From: an uncultured Clostridia bacterium
GTDB lineage: Bacteria > Bacillota > Clostridia > Oscillospirales > Ruminococcaceae
Direction of reading: 5' to 3'
Assembly (NCBI GenBank): GCA_947625455.1
Contig: CANQOJ010000001.1
Span: forward strand, 1-46,070
DNA: 46,070 nucleotides
Below the pieces are notes generated by a model. It was not told the DNA's origin, did not search any database, and saw only the letters and a list, made by a program, of their open reading frames with translations. Of this stretch, positions 37,267-46,070 are shown one piece after another; the first letter of the stretch is position 1, and every line of letters starts with the position of its first letter. Both the position numbers and the translations under genes were made by a program.

Positions 37267-40140
37267 ATGCCAAGAAAAAACTACGATATTGACAATATTT
37301 TAAAAGAAGTCGATGATTTGCGGACTGACGAGCAAACTCCCGCGTACAAAGGGAGCGTTACGGAGATTATCGGAGGAAGCGACTATGAAATGCTTGCGGG
37401 TTCGCAGAAAAAGCCTAAAACAGGTCAGCAAAAGCCCGATTTAAGCGTTACACAGCTGATAAACGAATACTCCGACAAGCGTGATGACGGCGCGGCTAAA
37501 CAGTTCACCGAACAGCAGACTGACGAAAGGCGCTCTAAAGAGGTTTCCGAAGCAATCGAGCAGGAAAGGAGACGCAGGCTGTTTGACGACAATGAGCTGG
37601 AATTTGTTCCCAACAACTATAACCAGAAAATGACTTTCCAGACAAACACCCTGGTTATGGGCAAAAACGGCGCGCCTCCTGCCGAAAACAATGCAAATCC
37701 GACGGTTTCGGGCGAAAATGACGACATAATTTTCCATACAAGCAGTGACCTTGTTACCACAGAAACCATGCAAATGCGCAAGCAGCAGCGCATTGACGAA
37801 ATAAACCGCGCGCTTCTGAAAGCAGACAGCGAAGCGCAAAGTTCGGACGAAATGCTGGATATGCTTAATCCTGCGGAAAAGCGCGAAAAGGTTGCGGATA
37901 TGCTGAAAGCCGACGATACCGCGACAGATACGCTTGCGGTTGCGGGAAACGATTTTAAGAAAATCAGCAGAGAAGAACATGTCACCGAGTATAAACCCAC
38001 TACCCGCAAAAAAGAAAACAGCGCGCCCGTATCTTCGGGAAAGCAGATAAACATGCGAAATCTTCATCTCGGAGAGACTCTGGCTGACGCGCTTGACAAG
38101 AAAATTGCGGGAGATAACGAACAGCAAGGCTATGACATACAAACTCCCGACGATATGGAATATCCCGCGGATTCGGGGAAAATTGACATTATCGGAGAAA
38201 CCGGAGAACAAAATGACGAGGAAGCGGAGAGAGTTCGCGTTGCAAATGAACTTGCACGAAAGCGCAAGCGCAAAATCGCGAACTTTATCCTTGAAAATCC
38301 GAGCGGCGAGGAAGATGAGTTCAAGCCCGAAAACAACGATTATGACGGCGACGAAGATGATGATGAACCCATTGACCTTGATGATGAAGAGGTTATCCGC
38401 GACCGTTTAAACCGCTCGTCAAAGGGACTTTTCTGGCGTCTTGTGATTACGGGGATTATGTTTATAGCTACCCTTATAATCGGCATTTTAAACACCGCGA
38501 ATTACGAAAATCTCGGCTTTCTGGGCGAAGTTATAAATTACCGCTCGTTTACGGAAAACTATCTGTACTGCATGCTGACAATAGGCGTGCTGTCGTTCAG
38601 TACTTGTTCGTCTGTTATTGCAAACGGCTTTTCAAGGCTGTTCAAAGGTCACCCCGATGGCGATACCTTATGCGCGTTTGCGCATATATCGGCAATAGTT
38701 GCGACTATCCCTTATCTTTTCAGAATTGAATACGTTCAGCGTTCAATGTCGCACGTTTATCTTATGGTGTCGCTCGGATTGCTGTGCTTTAACACACTGT
38801 CAAAGCTTATTGCAGTGAAAACCGCGCAGAAGAACTTTGCGTTCGTTTCTGCGGATAAGCCGAAATATTTTGCCGAGATATGCGACAAGGGCAGCGCCGA
38901 GCAACTCTCAAAGGGCGCGGTTTCGGGCGTTCCCGTAACTGCCGCAACGAGAAAAACAGAGATGCTGAAAGATTTCATTGTTTCGACATACTGCGAGGAC
39001 GCGTCTGACAGAATTTCGGGGAAACTGACGATTGTGACGATTATCGCGGCTGTTCTCGGAGGAATTATTGCATTCCTTACAAACGGCGACGAGTTATGGG
39101 AAAACAACCTTTCATGGGCGTTTACCGTACTTTCGGCAATATTCTGCCTTGGCGCGGCGTTATCATGTTCTATGACGGTTACAATTCCGCTTATGCTTGC
39201 GGCGGTAAAGGGCAAGAAGAACGACTTTGCTATCTTAGGTTATGAAGCCGTTGAGAATTTCAGCGAAACGAACTCTGTTCTTGTTGACGCGTCGGCGTTG
39301 TTTCCTCCAAAATCCGTTGTAATAGACAACATCTGCGGTTATGACAAACCCTCAAACCGCGGCGACGGCAAAGTCAACATTGACGAAGCGATTATACTCG
39401 GCGCAAGCCTTGCATATGCTACGGGAAGCATACTGTCCGACGCGCTGTTCAATATGCTCGACTACAAAAAAGAACTTCTGAAAAACGTAAACGGGATAGT
39501 ATATGAAAACAATCTCGGCGTTATGGGCTGGATAGACAGAAGAAGAGTTTTGCTGGGCACAAGAGAACACATGATGGCGCACGACATTTCCGTCCCCAGC
39601 GTCAAAAAGGAAACCGCCGCAAATCCGAAAAACGACAACGTTATTTATCTTGCGGTAGGAGGAGAAGTCTGCCTGCTGTTCTTCGTTTCGGTTTCCGCTG
39701 ACAAGCAGGTAAGCGAAAAAGTGAACAAGCTTGTATCGGAGGGCGTTTCGATTATAGTTAAATCAGTGGACGGAATGATTTCAAGCGGCACGGTGGCAAG
39801 CGCGTTTAATATTGAAGATGAAGCAGTGAGAGTGATACCGTTTGACTGCTTTGAAAGCTTCAACGACTGCACCAAGTTTGTTTCAAGCGGAAGCGCGGGG
39901 TTATCTCTGGGCGGTTCGTTCAACTCGCTTGCGGAGGGCATATCAACAGCCAAAAGCCTGCGCACGAAGATTTCAATAGGCTCAATGATACAGATATTCT
40001 CTGTCGCAGTAGGAATTTTGCTTGCGGTTATATTCATGCTGTTTAAAATGTACGATATGTTCAACGGACTTTGGATATTGCTGTACGGCGTTGTTACGGC
40101 GGCGATTACGGTAGGCGTTCCGTTTATAAAGCGCTTATGA
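37267..40140 (+). CDS. Large membrane protein: acidic low-complexity N-terminus plus a degenerate P1B-type ATPase-like body
   Basis: TM bundle; ILGYEAVENFSETNSVLVDASALFP in place of the DKTGT motif; GVMGWIDRRRVLLGTREHM N-domain-like segment. Confidence 0.6.
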   Translation: MPRKNYDIDNILKEVDDLRTDEQTPAYKGSVTEIIGGSDYEMLAGSQKKPKTGQQKPDLSVTQLINEYSDKRDDGAAKQFTEQQTDERRSKEVSEAIEQERRRRLFDDNELEFVPNNYNQKMTFQTNTLVMGKNGAPPAENNANPTVSGENDDIIFHTSSDLVTTETMQMRKQQRIDEINRALLKADSEAQSSDEMLDMLNPAEKREKVADMLKADDTATDTLAVAGNDFKKISREEHVTEYKPTTRKKENSAPVSSGKQINMRNLHLGETLADALDKKIAGDNEQQGYDIQTPDDMEYPADSGKIDIIGETGEQNDEEAERVRVANELARKRKRKIANFILENPSGEEDEFKPENNDYDGDEDDDEPIDLDDEEVIRDRLNRSSKGLFWRLVITGIMFIATLIIGILNTANYENLGFLGEVINYRSFTENYLYCMLTIGVLSFSTCSSVIANGFSRLFKGHPDGDTLCAFAHISAIVATIPYLFRIEYVQRSMSHVYLMVSLGLLCFNTLSKLIAVKTAQKNFAFVSADKPKYFAEICDKGSAEQLSKGAVSGVPVTAATRKTEMLKDFIVSTYCEDASDRISGKLTIVTIIAAVLGGIIAFLTNGDELWENNLSWAFTVLSAIFCLGAALSCSMTVTIPLMLAAVKGKKNDFAILGYEAVENFSETNSVLVDASALFPPKSVVIDNICGYDKPSNRGDGKVNIDEAIILGASLAYATGSILSDALFNMLDYKKELLKNVNGIVYENNLGVMGWIDRRRVLLGTREHMMAHDISVPSVKKETAANPKNDNVIYLAVGGEVCLLFFVSVSADKQVSEKVNKLVSEGVSIIVKSVDGMISSGTVASAFNIEDEAVRVIPFDCFESFNDCTKFVSSGSAGLSLGGSFNSLAEGISTAKSLRTKISIGSMIQIFSVAVGILLAVIFMLFKMYDMFNGLWILLYGVVTAAITVGVPFIKRL

Positions 40141-40598
40141 TATTAACGGACGAGGAATATATGGAAAAGGCTCTTGCGCTTGCGGGAAAAGCTGCCGAAA
40201 TGGGGGAAATTCCCGTGGGCGCAATAGTTGTAAATTGTGACGGCGAGATTGTTGCCGAAGCTTACAACGAACGCGAAACGCTTAATTCTCCTACAGCGCA
40301 CGCGGAAATGCTCGCAATTGAACGCGCGGCAAAAGCCTTAAACAACAGACGGCTGTCGGACTGCACGCTATATGTAACGCTTGAACCCTGCCCTATGTGC
40401 GCGGGGGCGGTTATAAACGCGCAGATGAAAAGGGTTGTTTACGGGGCATTTGACGAGAAAAACGGCGCATGCGCGTCGGTAACGGCGCTGTTTGACGAGA
40501 AATTTACGCATATTCCGAGAGTGAGAAGCAGAGTGCTTGAAGAACGGTGCGGGAAAGTGCTTTCGGACTTTTTTAAACAATTGCGGGACAGACATTGA
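40137..40598 (+). CDS. tadA: tRNA adenosine(34) deaminase
   Basis: GEIPVGA, HAE and TLEPCPMC motifs; ATG overlaps the upstream stop (ATGA). Confidence 0.92.
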   Translation: MILTDEEYMEKALALAGKAAEMGEIPVGAIVVNCDGEIVAEAYNERETLNSPTAHAEMLAIERAAKALNNRRLSDCTLYVTLEPCPMCAGAVINAQMKRVVYGAFDEKNGACASVTALFDEKFTHIPRVRSRVLEERCGKVLSDFFKQLRDRH

Positions 40599-40623
40599 TT
40601 ATCTAAAGGAAAAAACACAAAGA

Positions 40624-42078
40624 ATGAGTGACAAGCCTAATTCACAGAACAGATACCGAACTCTTGCGGGAAACATAATCATACTCGGCATAGGTCAGTT
40701 CAGTTCAAAGCTTCTTGTGTATGTAATGCTGAAATTCTACACAAGTATGCTCGGAACAGCGGGCTACGGCGATATGACGAACATAATAAACGCAGGTTCG
40801 CTTCTCATATCCGTTTTTTCGCTGTCGATTGCAGAGGGCGTGCTTAGATTTGCCCTCGAAAAAAACAACAACGGGAAAATGGTGTTTTCGATAGGCATAA
40901 ACATAGCGTTTTGCGGGTGCGTTGTATTCGGCGCGTTTGTGCCGCTTGTCGGGCTTATACCCATGCTTAAGGGGTATGAGTGGATGCTGTTTATTTATGT
41001 TCTGGCGGGCGCGCTTAAAGAGGTTTGCGGAATTTATGTGAGGGCGAGGATTTCTGTAAAGCTGTTTGCGGTTGACGGGATATTGACGACAGTTTCCATG
41101 ATTATCTTCAATCTCGTGCTTCTCGGAATTTTCAAGTTCGGCATAAACGGCTACATCTGGTCGGTTGTTCTAAGCAACCTTGCCTCAATCATTTTCCTAA
41201 ACATCACCGCGCGTCTTTACAAGCAGTACAGACCGTTCAGAAACGACAAACAGCTGTACATTTCGATGATGCGCTACAGCATACCGCTTATGCCGACAAC
41301 GATAATGTGGTGGATAATCAACATGTCGGACGGATTTATGGTGACTTCGTTTATCGACAGCGACGCAAACGGAATTTACGGGTTTGCGTATAAATTTCCG
41401 AACCTTGCGGCTGTCGTGGTAGGCATTTTCGCGCAGGCATGGCATATGTCCGCCATAACCGAAAGAAACTCGCGCACCGTGTCGAAATTCTACTCGAACA
41501 TATTCAGCATGATGCAGACGGTGGTGTTTATTGCGTGCGCGGGGATAATGCTGATTTTAAGACCTGTGATAATGCCGTTTTTCGGAACGGAAGAATTTGC
41601 ACCCGCGTATTTTTATGTTCCCATTTTGCTGGGCGCGGTTATATTTCAATGCTTCAACAACTTCCTTTCAAGCATTTACGAGGCTTCGCGCAAAACCACT
41701 CACGCGCTTATTTCTTCCGCTGTCGGCGCGGCGTCAAATATAGCGATGAACTTTCTGATGATACCGAAAATGGGGATTTCAGGCGCGGCGCTTGCAACTC
41801 TGTTCAGCTATCTTATCGTGTTTATCTACAGAGTGATTGATACGAGAAAGCTGTTGTATATGACGATATACTGGCTGAAAGTTGTCGTAAACATAACGCT
41901 TCTGGCGGGAATGTCGCTTTCTATTATGTTTCTGCCGTTCGGACTTTTGCAGAACGTTATAAACGCAGTGATTTTCATAATCGTTGTCGCTTTGAATTTT
42001 AAGACCTGTGTTCAGGCAGTAAAGCTTATATTAAACAAGAAAAAGAAAAAGGAAAAGAAAGATGAAACAGTTTCTTGA
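40624..42078 (+). CDS. Polysaccharide/teichoic-acid flippase (MATE-like Wzx)
   Basis: GQFSSKLL, YSIPLMP..WWIINMSD, NGIY and FAQAW motifs; multi-TM. Confidence 0.85.
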   Translation: MSDKPNSQNRYRTLAGNIIILGIGQFSSKLLVYVMLKFYTSMLGTAGYGDMTNIINAGSLLISVFSLSIAEGVLRFALEKNNNGKMVFSIGINIAFCGCVVFGAFVPLVGLIPMLKGYEWMLFIYVLAGALKEVCGIYVRARISVKLFAVDGILTTVSMIIFNLVLLGIFKFGINGYIWSVVLSNLASIIFLNITARLYKQYRPFRNDKQLYISMMRYSIPLMPTTIMWWIINMSDGFMVTSFIDSDANGIYGFAYKFPNLAAVVVGIFAQAWHMSAITERNSRTVSKFYSNIFSMMQTVVFIACAGIMLILRPVIMPFFGTEEFAPAYFYVPILLGAVIFQCFNNFLSSIYEASRKTTHALISSAVGAASNIAMNFLMIPKMGISGAALATLFSYLIVFIYRVIDTRKLLYMTIYWLKVVVNITLLAGMSLSIMFLPFGLLQNVINAVIFIIVVALNFKTCVQAVKLILNKKKKKEKKDETVS

Positions 42079-42571
42079 AATCGCGAAAATAACGGCAACG
42101 CACGGGATACGCGGAGAAGTGAGATGTCAGTATTACTGCGATTCTCCGGATATACTCTGCGGATTTGAAACGCTGTATCTCGACAAGGGTAAAACGTCTG
42201 TTGAGATAGAGAGGGCGTATGTTCACAAAAACGTTGTCATTTTGAAGATAAAGGGCGTTGATTTGATAGAAAACGCGCAGAAGTATATCGGGAAAATGCT
42301 GTATATGGACAGAAACGACGCTGAACTTCCCGACGGTGTGTATTTCATTCAGGATATAATCGGACTGACCGTTAAAGACGCGCAGACGGGAGAGATATAC
42401 GGCAAAATATCGGACGTTTACCAAAACGGCGCGACAGATGTTTACTCGATAAAAAAAGAAAACGGCAGAGAACTTATGTTCCCGTATATAGATGATGTAG
42501 TAAAGAAAATTGACTTAGAAGCGGGAGAAATGCTGATAATACCGCTTGAGGGGCTGTTTGATGAGGATTGA
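42062..42571 (+). CDS. rimM: Ribosome maturation factor RimM
   Basis: HGIRGEV, YFIQDIIGL and GATDVY motifs. Confidence 0.95.
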   Translation: MKQFLEIAKITATHGIRGEVRCQYYCDSPDILCGFETLYLDKGKTSVEIERAYVHKNVVILKIKGVDLIENAQKYIGKMLYMDRNDAELPDGVYFIQDIIGLTVKDAQTGEIYGKISDVYQNGATDVYSIKKENGRELMFPYIDDVVKKIDLEAGEMLIIPLEGLFDED

Positions 42572-43523
42572 CATAGCGACGTTGTTTCCCGAAATGTGCG
42601 AAAAGGTGTTTAATGAAAGCATTGTGGGGCGCGGCATAAGAAACGGTTATATCGAAATTTACGCTCACAATATCCGAGATTACACGTTAAACAAGCACAA
42701 AAATGTTGACGACAAGCCATTTGGCGGCGGCACGGGCATGGTAATGCAGGCGCAGCCGATATATGACTGCGTAAAAGCTATAATGTCAATGCACAAAACG
42801 CCCCCGCGCGTTATATATCTTTCTCCGCAGGGAAAAACGCTGACGCAGGAAAAGGTGCGCGAACTCGCAAAGGAAAGCGGACTTGTTCTTATCTGCGGGC
42901 ATTACGAGGGCATTGACGAGAGGGTTATAGAAGAACTTGGCGCGGAGGAAATTTCAATAGGCGACTATGTGCTGACAGGCGGGGAATTGCCCGCGCTTAT
43001 TCTGACTGACGCTGTGGCAAGACTGCAGGAGGGCGTGCTGCCTAACGAGGACGCGTACAGCATTGAAAGTCATTATGACGGACTGCTCGAATACCCGCAA
43101 TATTCGCGGCCGGAAATATGGAAAGAGCGGAAAGTTCCCGAAATACTGCTTTCGGGCGACCATAGGCAGGTAGTTGAATGGCAGAGGAAAAAATCGCTTG
43201 AAGTCACGAGAAAAAAGCGCCCCGATTTATACGAGGCGTATATTAAAAGGCTTACGGAATGTTTTATAGGCGAATTTAAGGCAGGATATGACGTTACCGA
43301 AAACGCAAAGTTTAAGTTCTGCGCTCTTTCAGACGAGGATTTGAAGCTTGTGAAGCGCGGGAAAAAGCGGGAAATTGAACTCGACGGCAAAGAGGGAGAA
43401 TACGTTATACTGACGGACGATACGGACATTCCGAAGTTTGTTGTAATTATAACGGGAAAAAACGGACAAAACGTAAAATTCAGACTTATCTACAAATCGA
43501 AAAAGGAAGAAAACAATGACTAA
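42561..43523 (+). CDS. trmD: tRNA (guanine-N1)-methyltransferase with ~90-aa C-terminal extension
   Basis: TLFPEM, VDDKPFGGG, CGHYEGIDERV, SIGDYVLTGGE and LEYPQYSRP motifs. Confidence 0.96.
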   Translation: MRIDIATLFPEMCEKVFNESIVGRGIRNGYIEIYAHNIRDYTLNKHKNVDDKPFGGGTGMVMQAQPIYDCVKAIMSMHKTPPRVIYLSPQGKTLTQEKVRELAKESGLVLICGHYEGIDERVIEELGAEEISIGDYVLTGGELPALILTDAVARLQEGVLPNEDAYSIESHYDGLLEYPQYSRPEIWKERKVPEILLSGDHRQVVEWQRKKSLEVTRKKRPDLYEAYIKRLTECFIGEFKAGYDVTENAKFKFCALSDEDLKLVKRGKKREIELDGKEGEYVILTDDTDIPKFVVIITGKNGQNVKFRLIYKSKKEENND

Positions 43524-44418
43524 AAACGCATTTATAGCAATTACGGGCAGACCTAACGCGGGAAAATCCTCGCTTACAAATCTGCTTGTGGGAGAGAAAA
43601 TTTCAATCGTCAGCGAAAAGCCCCAGACAACGCGAAACCGCATAAACGGCGTGCTTACAAAGGGCGAAGTGCAGTATGTGTTTATTGACACTCCGGGGTT
43701 TCTGAAACCGCGCACAAAGCTTGGCGAGCATATGGCAAGGTCGGTCAGGACAAGCGTTGATGATGTTGACTGTGCGATACTTATGGCTGACGCAACGAAA
43801 AAGGTTTCAGCTGTTGAACATGAACTTATAAGGTCGTTTAAGTCGCACGGAACGCAGGTTGTTCTACTGCTCAACAAAATTGACCTTGTGAAATCAAAAG
43901 AGGATTTACTTCCGCTTATCAGCGAATACAGCAAGCTGTACGATTTCGCGGAGGTTATTCCGATAAGCGTAAAAAGGCGCATAAACACGGAGCTTATTAT
44001 GCCCGCGCTCGAAAAATACGCAGTCGAGGGAGAACATTTTTTCCCCGACGATATTGCAACCGACCGCACCGAGAGATTTTTATGCGGAGAGATAATCCGC
44101 GAGAAGCTGCTGTGGACAATGCAGCAGGAAATCCCGCACGGGACAGCCGTTGACATTGAGAGCTTTACTTCTCACTTAAACAAAAGCGGCGCCGAAATAA
44201 CTGACATCGGCGCGGTTATAATATGTGAAAAGCAGTCGCACAAGGGCATGATTATAGGGAAAAACGGAGAACGGCTTAAACAGATAGGTTCTCTTGCAAG
44301 AAAGGATATTGAAGAGTTGCTTGATACAAAGGTAAATCTTCAGATATTTGTAAAAGTAAAGGAAAACTGGCGCGACAACGAGCATTTCATCATTGACAAC
44401 AAGATTGCAGATGAATAA
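43516..44418 (+). CDS. era: GTPase Era
   Basis: GRPNAGKS, QTTR, DTPG, NKID and KH-domain IIGKNG motifs. Confidence 0.97.
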   Translation: MTKNAFIAITGRPNAGKSSLTNLLVGEKISIVSEKPQTTRNRINGVLTKGEVQYVFIDTPGFLKPRTKLGEHMARSVRTSVDDVDCAILMADATKKVSAVEHELIRSFKSHGTQVVLLLNKIDLVKSKEDLLPLISEYSKLYDFAEVIPISVKRRINTELIMPALEKYAVEGEHFFPDDIATDRTERFLCGEIIREKLLWTMQQEIPHGTAVDIESFTSHLNKSGAEITDIGAVIICEKQSHKGMIIGKNGERLKQIGSLARKDIEELLDTKVNLQIFVKVKENWRDNEHFIIDNKIADE

Positions 44419-44436
44419 AAGCCTGCAAATACGCTG

Positions 44437-45099
44437 TTAAAGTTTCTTAAGTTCTTTTTCAACATTGGTGATGACGGAGAAAAGCGCCGCGCTTTGCTTG
44501 GGATAATCGTGTTCAATGCGCGAGTTTGTTATCTTCTCGTCGGCTGTTCCCTCTTTTTCAGCGCTTTTGGACGCAACGTCCTCAAGGCTTAGTTCAGCAA
44601 CGGTAATGCCCGAAAGGCTTTCGCGGGGAATTGAAAACAAGTTCTCGTCATTTTCACCGCCCGCGCTGTACACCATTCTGAACGCGCGGTAAACGGCGGT
44701 GAGCATATAATTTCCGACAGATTTTGCAAGCTTCTGGTTTTTGGTCTTTATAAGCAGCGAGAACACAACTTCAGCGGCATTTGTGACAAGTTTTTTCCTT
44801 AAAAGCGTACTCGTTGAGGCAATATTTTCGCTTGCGGCATCATAGGCGGTGCTTTCATCAAGTTCGTTTTCCGTTACGACAACGCCGCTGCGAGAACTGC
44901 TTCTGCCAAGTATGTAATCCACGGAAACGTTGTAGAAATCGGCGGCTTGAACCAGAAAATCCAGTCCGCACTCGCGTTTTCCGTTTTCATAATGCGACAA
45001 AAGCGCCTGGGCAACGCCAAGCTTGTCAGCCGCTTCCTTTTGTCTTAAACCGCGTTCCTTACGCAGAAGCTTTAATATTCTTGGAAAGTCTTTGTTCAT
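44437..45099 (-). CDS. XRE-family HTH transcriptional regulator
   Basis: LRKERGLRQKEAADKLGVAQALLSHYENGKRE...VSVDYILGRS. Confidence 0.9.
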   Translation of the reverse strand: MNKDFPRILKLLRKERGLRQKEAADKLGVAQALLSHYENGKRECGLDFLVQAADFYNVSVDYILGRSSSRSGVVVTENELDESTAYDAASENIASTSTLLRKKLVTNAAEVVFSLLIKTKNQKLAKSVGNYMLTAVYRAFRMVYSAGGENDENLFSIPRESLSGITVAELSLEDVASKSAEKEGTADEKITNSRIEHDYPKQSAALFSVITNVEKELKKL

Positions 45100-45145
45100 C
45101 TATTTATCTCCAAATTACCCAAATATATTTTTTATCACAAAGTAT

Positions 45146-45174
45146 ATTATATTACATTTATGTCGATATGTAAA
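45146..45174 (-). promoter_or_regulatory. Sigma-A promoter of the XRE gene with an overlapping TTACAT-N10-ATGTAA palindrome
   Basis: - strand TTTACA-17 bp-TATAAT; palindrome at 45152-45173. Confidence 0.55.
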
Positions 45175-45248
45175 CCGTCATAATTACCAAAATTTCGACA
45201 TTTCTGTAGGTCAATATTCCTAATCATACAATATATAGGAGGCAATTC

Positions 45249-45878
45249 ATGCGAAACTACTATTTATACCTTATCCGTCACGGAATAACACAAGGAAATC
45301 TTGACGGAAAATATATCGGACAGACAAATCTGTCGCTTTGTCCTGAGGGGAGGAAGATGATAGAAAATTTCTGTGAATGTGAACTTTATCCCGAAGTTGA
45401 AAAAGTGTATTCGTCACCGCTTGAAAGATGTCTTGAAACTGCGGAGATAATTTATCCCGACCAGAGGCTTATGATAATAGATGAACTTTGCGAGATGAAT
45501 TTCGGGGATTTTGAAAACAAAAGCGCTGAACAGCTTAAAGATTTGCGGGAATATAAGGACTGGCTGAAAGGCGGGGTTGAGTCTGCGCCGCCTAACGGCG
45601 AGAAATACGGTGATTTCATTCTCCGCTGCATCAGCGGTCTTGACAGCGTATTCAGCGATATGATGAAGAATGACCTGCAATACGGTGCGGTTATCACTCA
45701 CGGCGGTGTTATCACAAATCTGCTGTGCGGTTATGGGTTGCCGAAAGGCAAGCCCGCGCAGTATATGTGCGCACCGGGCGAGGGATTTGAAATTGCGCTT
45801 TCTCCCTTTTTATGGCAGAAAGGTCCGACATTTGAGGTTTTGGGCAAAATGACGCTTACGGGGAACATAAACCCTTGA
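45249..45878 (+). CDS. Histidine phosphatase family protein (CobC/PGM-like)
   Basis: LIRHG, SSPLERC, EMNFGDFE and ITHGGVI motifs; GGAGG RBS. Confidence 0.9.
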   Translation: MRNYYLYLIRHGITQGNLDGKYIGQTNLSLCPEGRKMIENFCECELYPEVEKVYSSPLERCLETAEIIYPDQRLMIIDELCEMNFGDFENKSAEQLKDLREYKDWLKGGVESAPPNGEKYGDFILRCISGLDSVFSDMMKNDLQYGAVITHGGVITNLLCGYGLPKGKPAQYMCAPGEGFEIALSPFLWQKGPTFEVLGKMTLTGNINP

Positions 45879-45916
45879 TAACGGGAAACGTTACAGAGGC
45901 AGCAAGGGGGAAACTT

Positions 45917-45963
45917 TTGAAAAAGCCTTATTCCGGATAAGTAAGCGTATAAGGCTTTTTCAA
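45917..45963. terminator. Bidirectional terminator between convergent genes
   Basis: 15-bp inverted repeat TTGAAAAAGCCTTAT / ATAAGGCTTTTTCAA. Confidence 0.75.
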
Positions 45964-45973
45964 TAATCATCAA

Positions 45974-46070
45974 TTACGCTTTCAGCCCTGTTTTCTCCTC
46001 AAATTCGGCAACGGTCATGTGCGCTTCTTCAGCAGCTTGTGCAAGTGTAAGAATACCTTTTTTCACAAGA
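45974..46070 (-). CDS. 3' end of a gene entering from the right, possibly Rpn/PD-(D/E)XK-type
   Basis: Reads LVKKGILTLAQAAEEAHMTVAEFEEKTGLKA*, resembling the short C-terminal HTH of Rpn-like proteins. Confidence 0.45.
   Translation of the reverse strand, partial: LVKKGILTLAQAAEEAHMTVAEFEEKTGLKA

Noticed and set aside
37425-44385. Long antisense ORFs such as 37441-38211 and 43329-44156
   Set aside because: They are shadows of well-supported + strand genes.
1-46070. CRISPR array, tRNA/rRNA genes, intact transposase, integrase or prophage
   Set aside because: No regularly spaced repeats, RNA gene signatures or DDE/recombinase motifs were seen.

Overview
Firmicutes DNA, probably Oscillospiraceae/Ruminococcaceae-like (inferred from gene content), in two parts. 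(1) 1-~27.7 kb is an AT-rich, mosaic surface-polysaccharide region with two convergent Wzx/Wzy-type loci. The + strand locus (starts left of the window) has a divergent SHMT-like PLP enzyme, acyltransferase-3, GT2, EpsG-type polymerase, a dead acyltransferase, LicD, flippase, a HisC-like PLP enzyme, an IspD/TarI-like cytidylyltransferase and a split acetolactate-synthase-like ThDP enzyme. The - strand locus has a truncated EpsN/PglE aminotransferase, a dead PglD-like acetyltransferase, priming GT, Tll-like reductase, GTs, a WbbJ/WbbK-like pair, Wzy, a G7-frameshifted acetyltransferase, flippase, LicD, TagD and rmlABDC. A small unit of two unknown genes separates the loci. (2) ~28-46 kb is GC-richer core genome: a decayed EFR1 ferredoxin hit by MITE-like repeats, comM-malQ-ttcA-pulA-pepP, rlmB, a degenerate P-type-ATPase-like membrane protein, tadA, flippase, rimM, trmD (with an ASCH-like tail), era, an XRE regulator and a histidine phosphatase. 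The best candidate for an undescribed system is the aminotransferase + IspD-like + ThDP enzyme + LicD module, a putative CDP-amino-polyol route for decorating polysaccharide. Next are candidate poly-G phase variation of O-acetylation and the head-on two-locus architecture. All calls come from reading motifs by eye; no searches were run.
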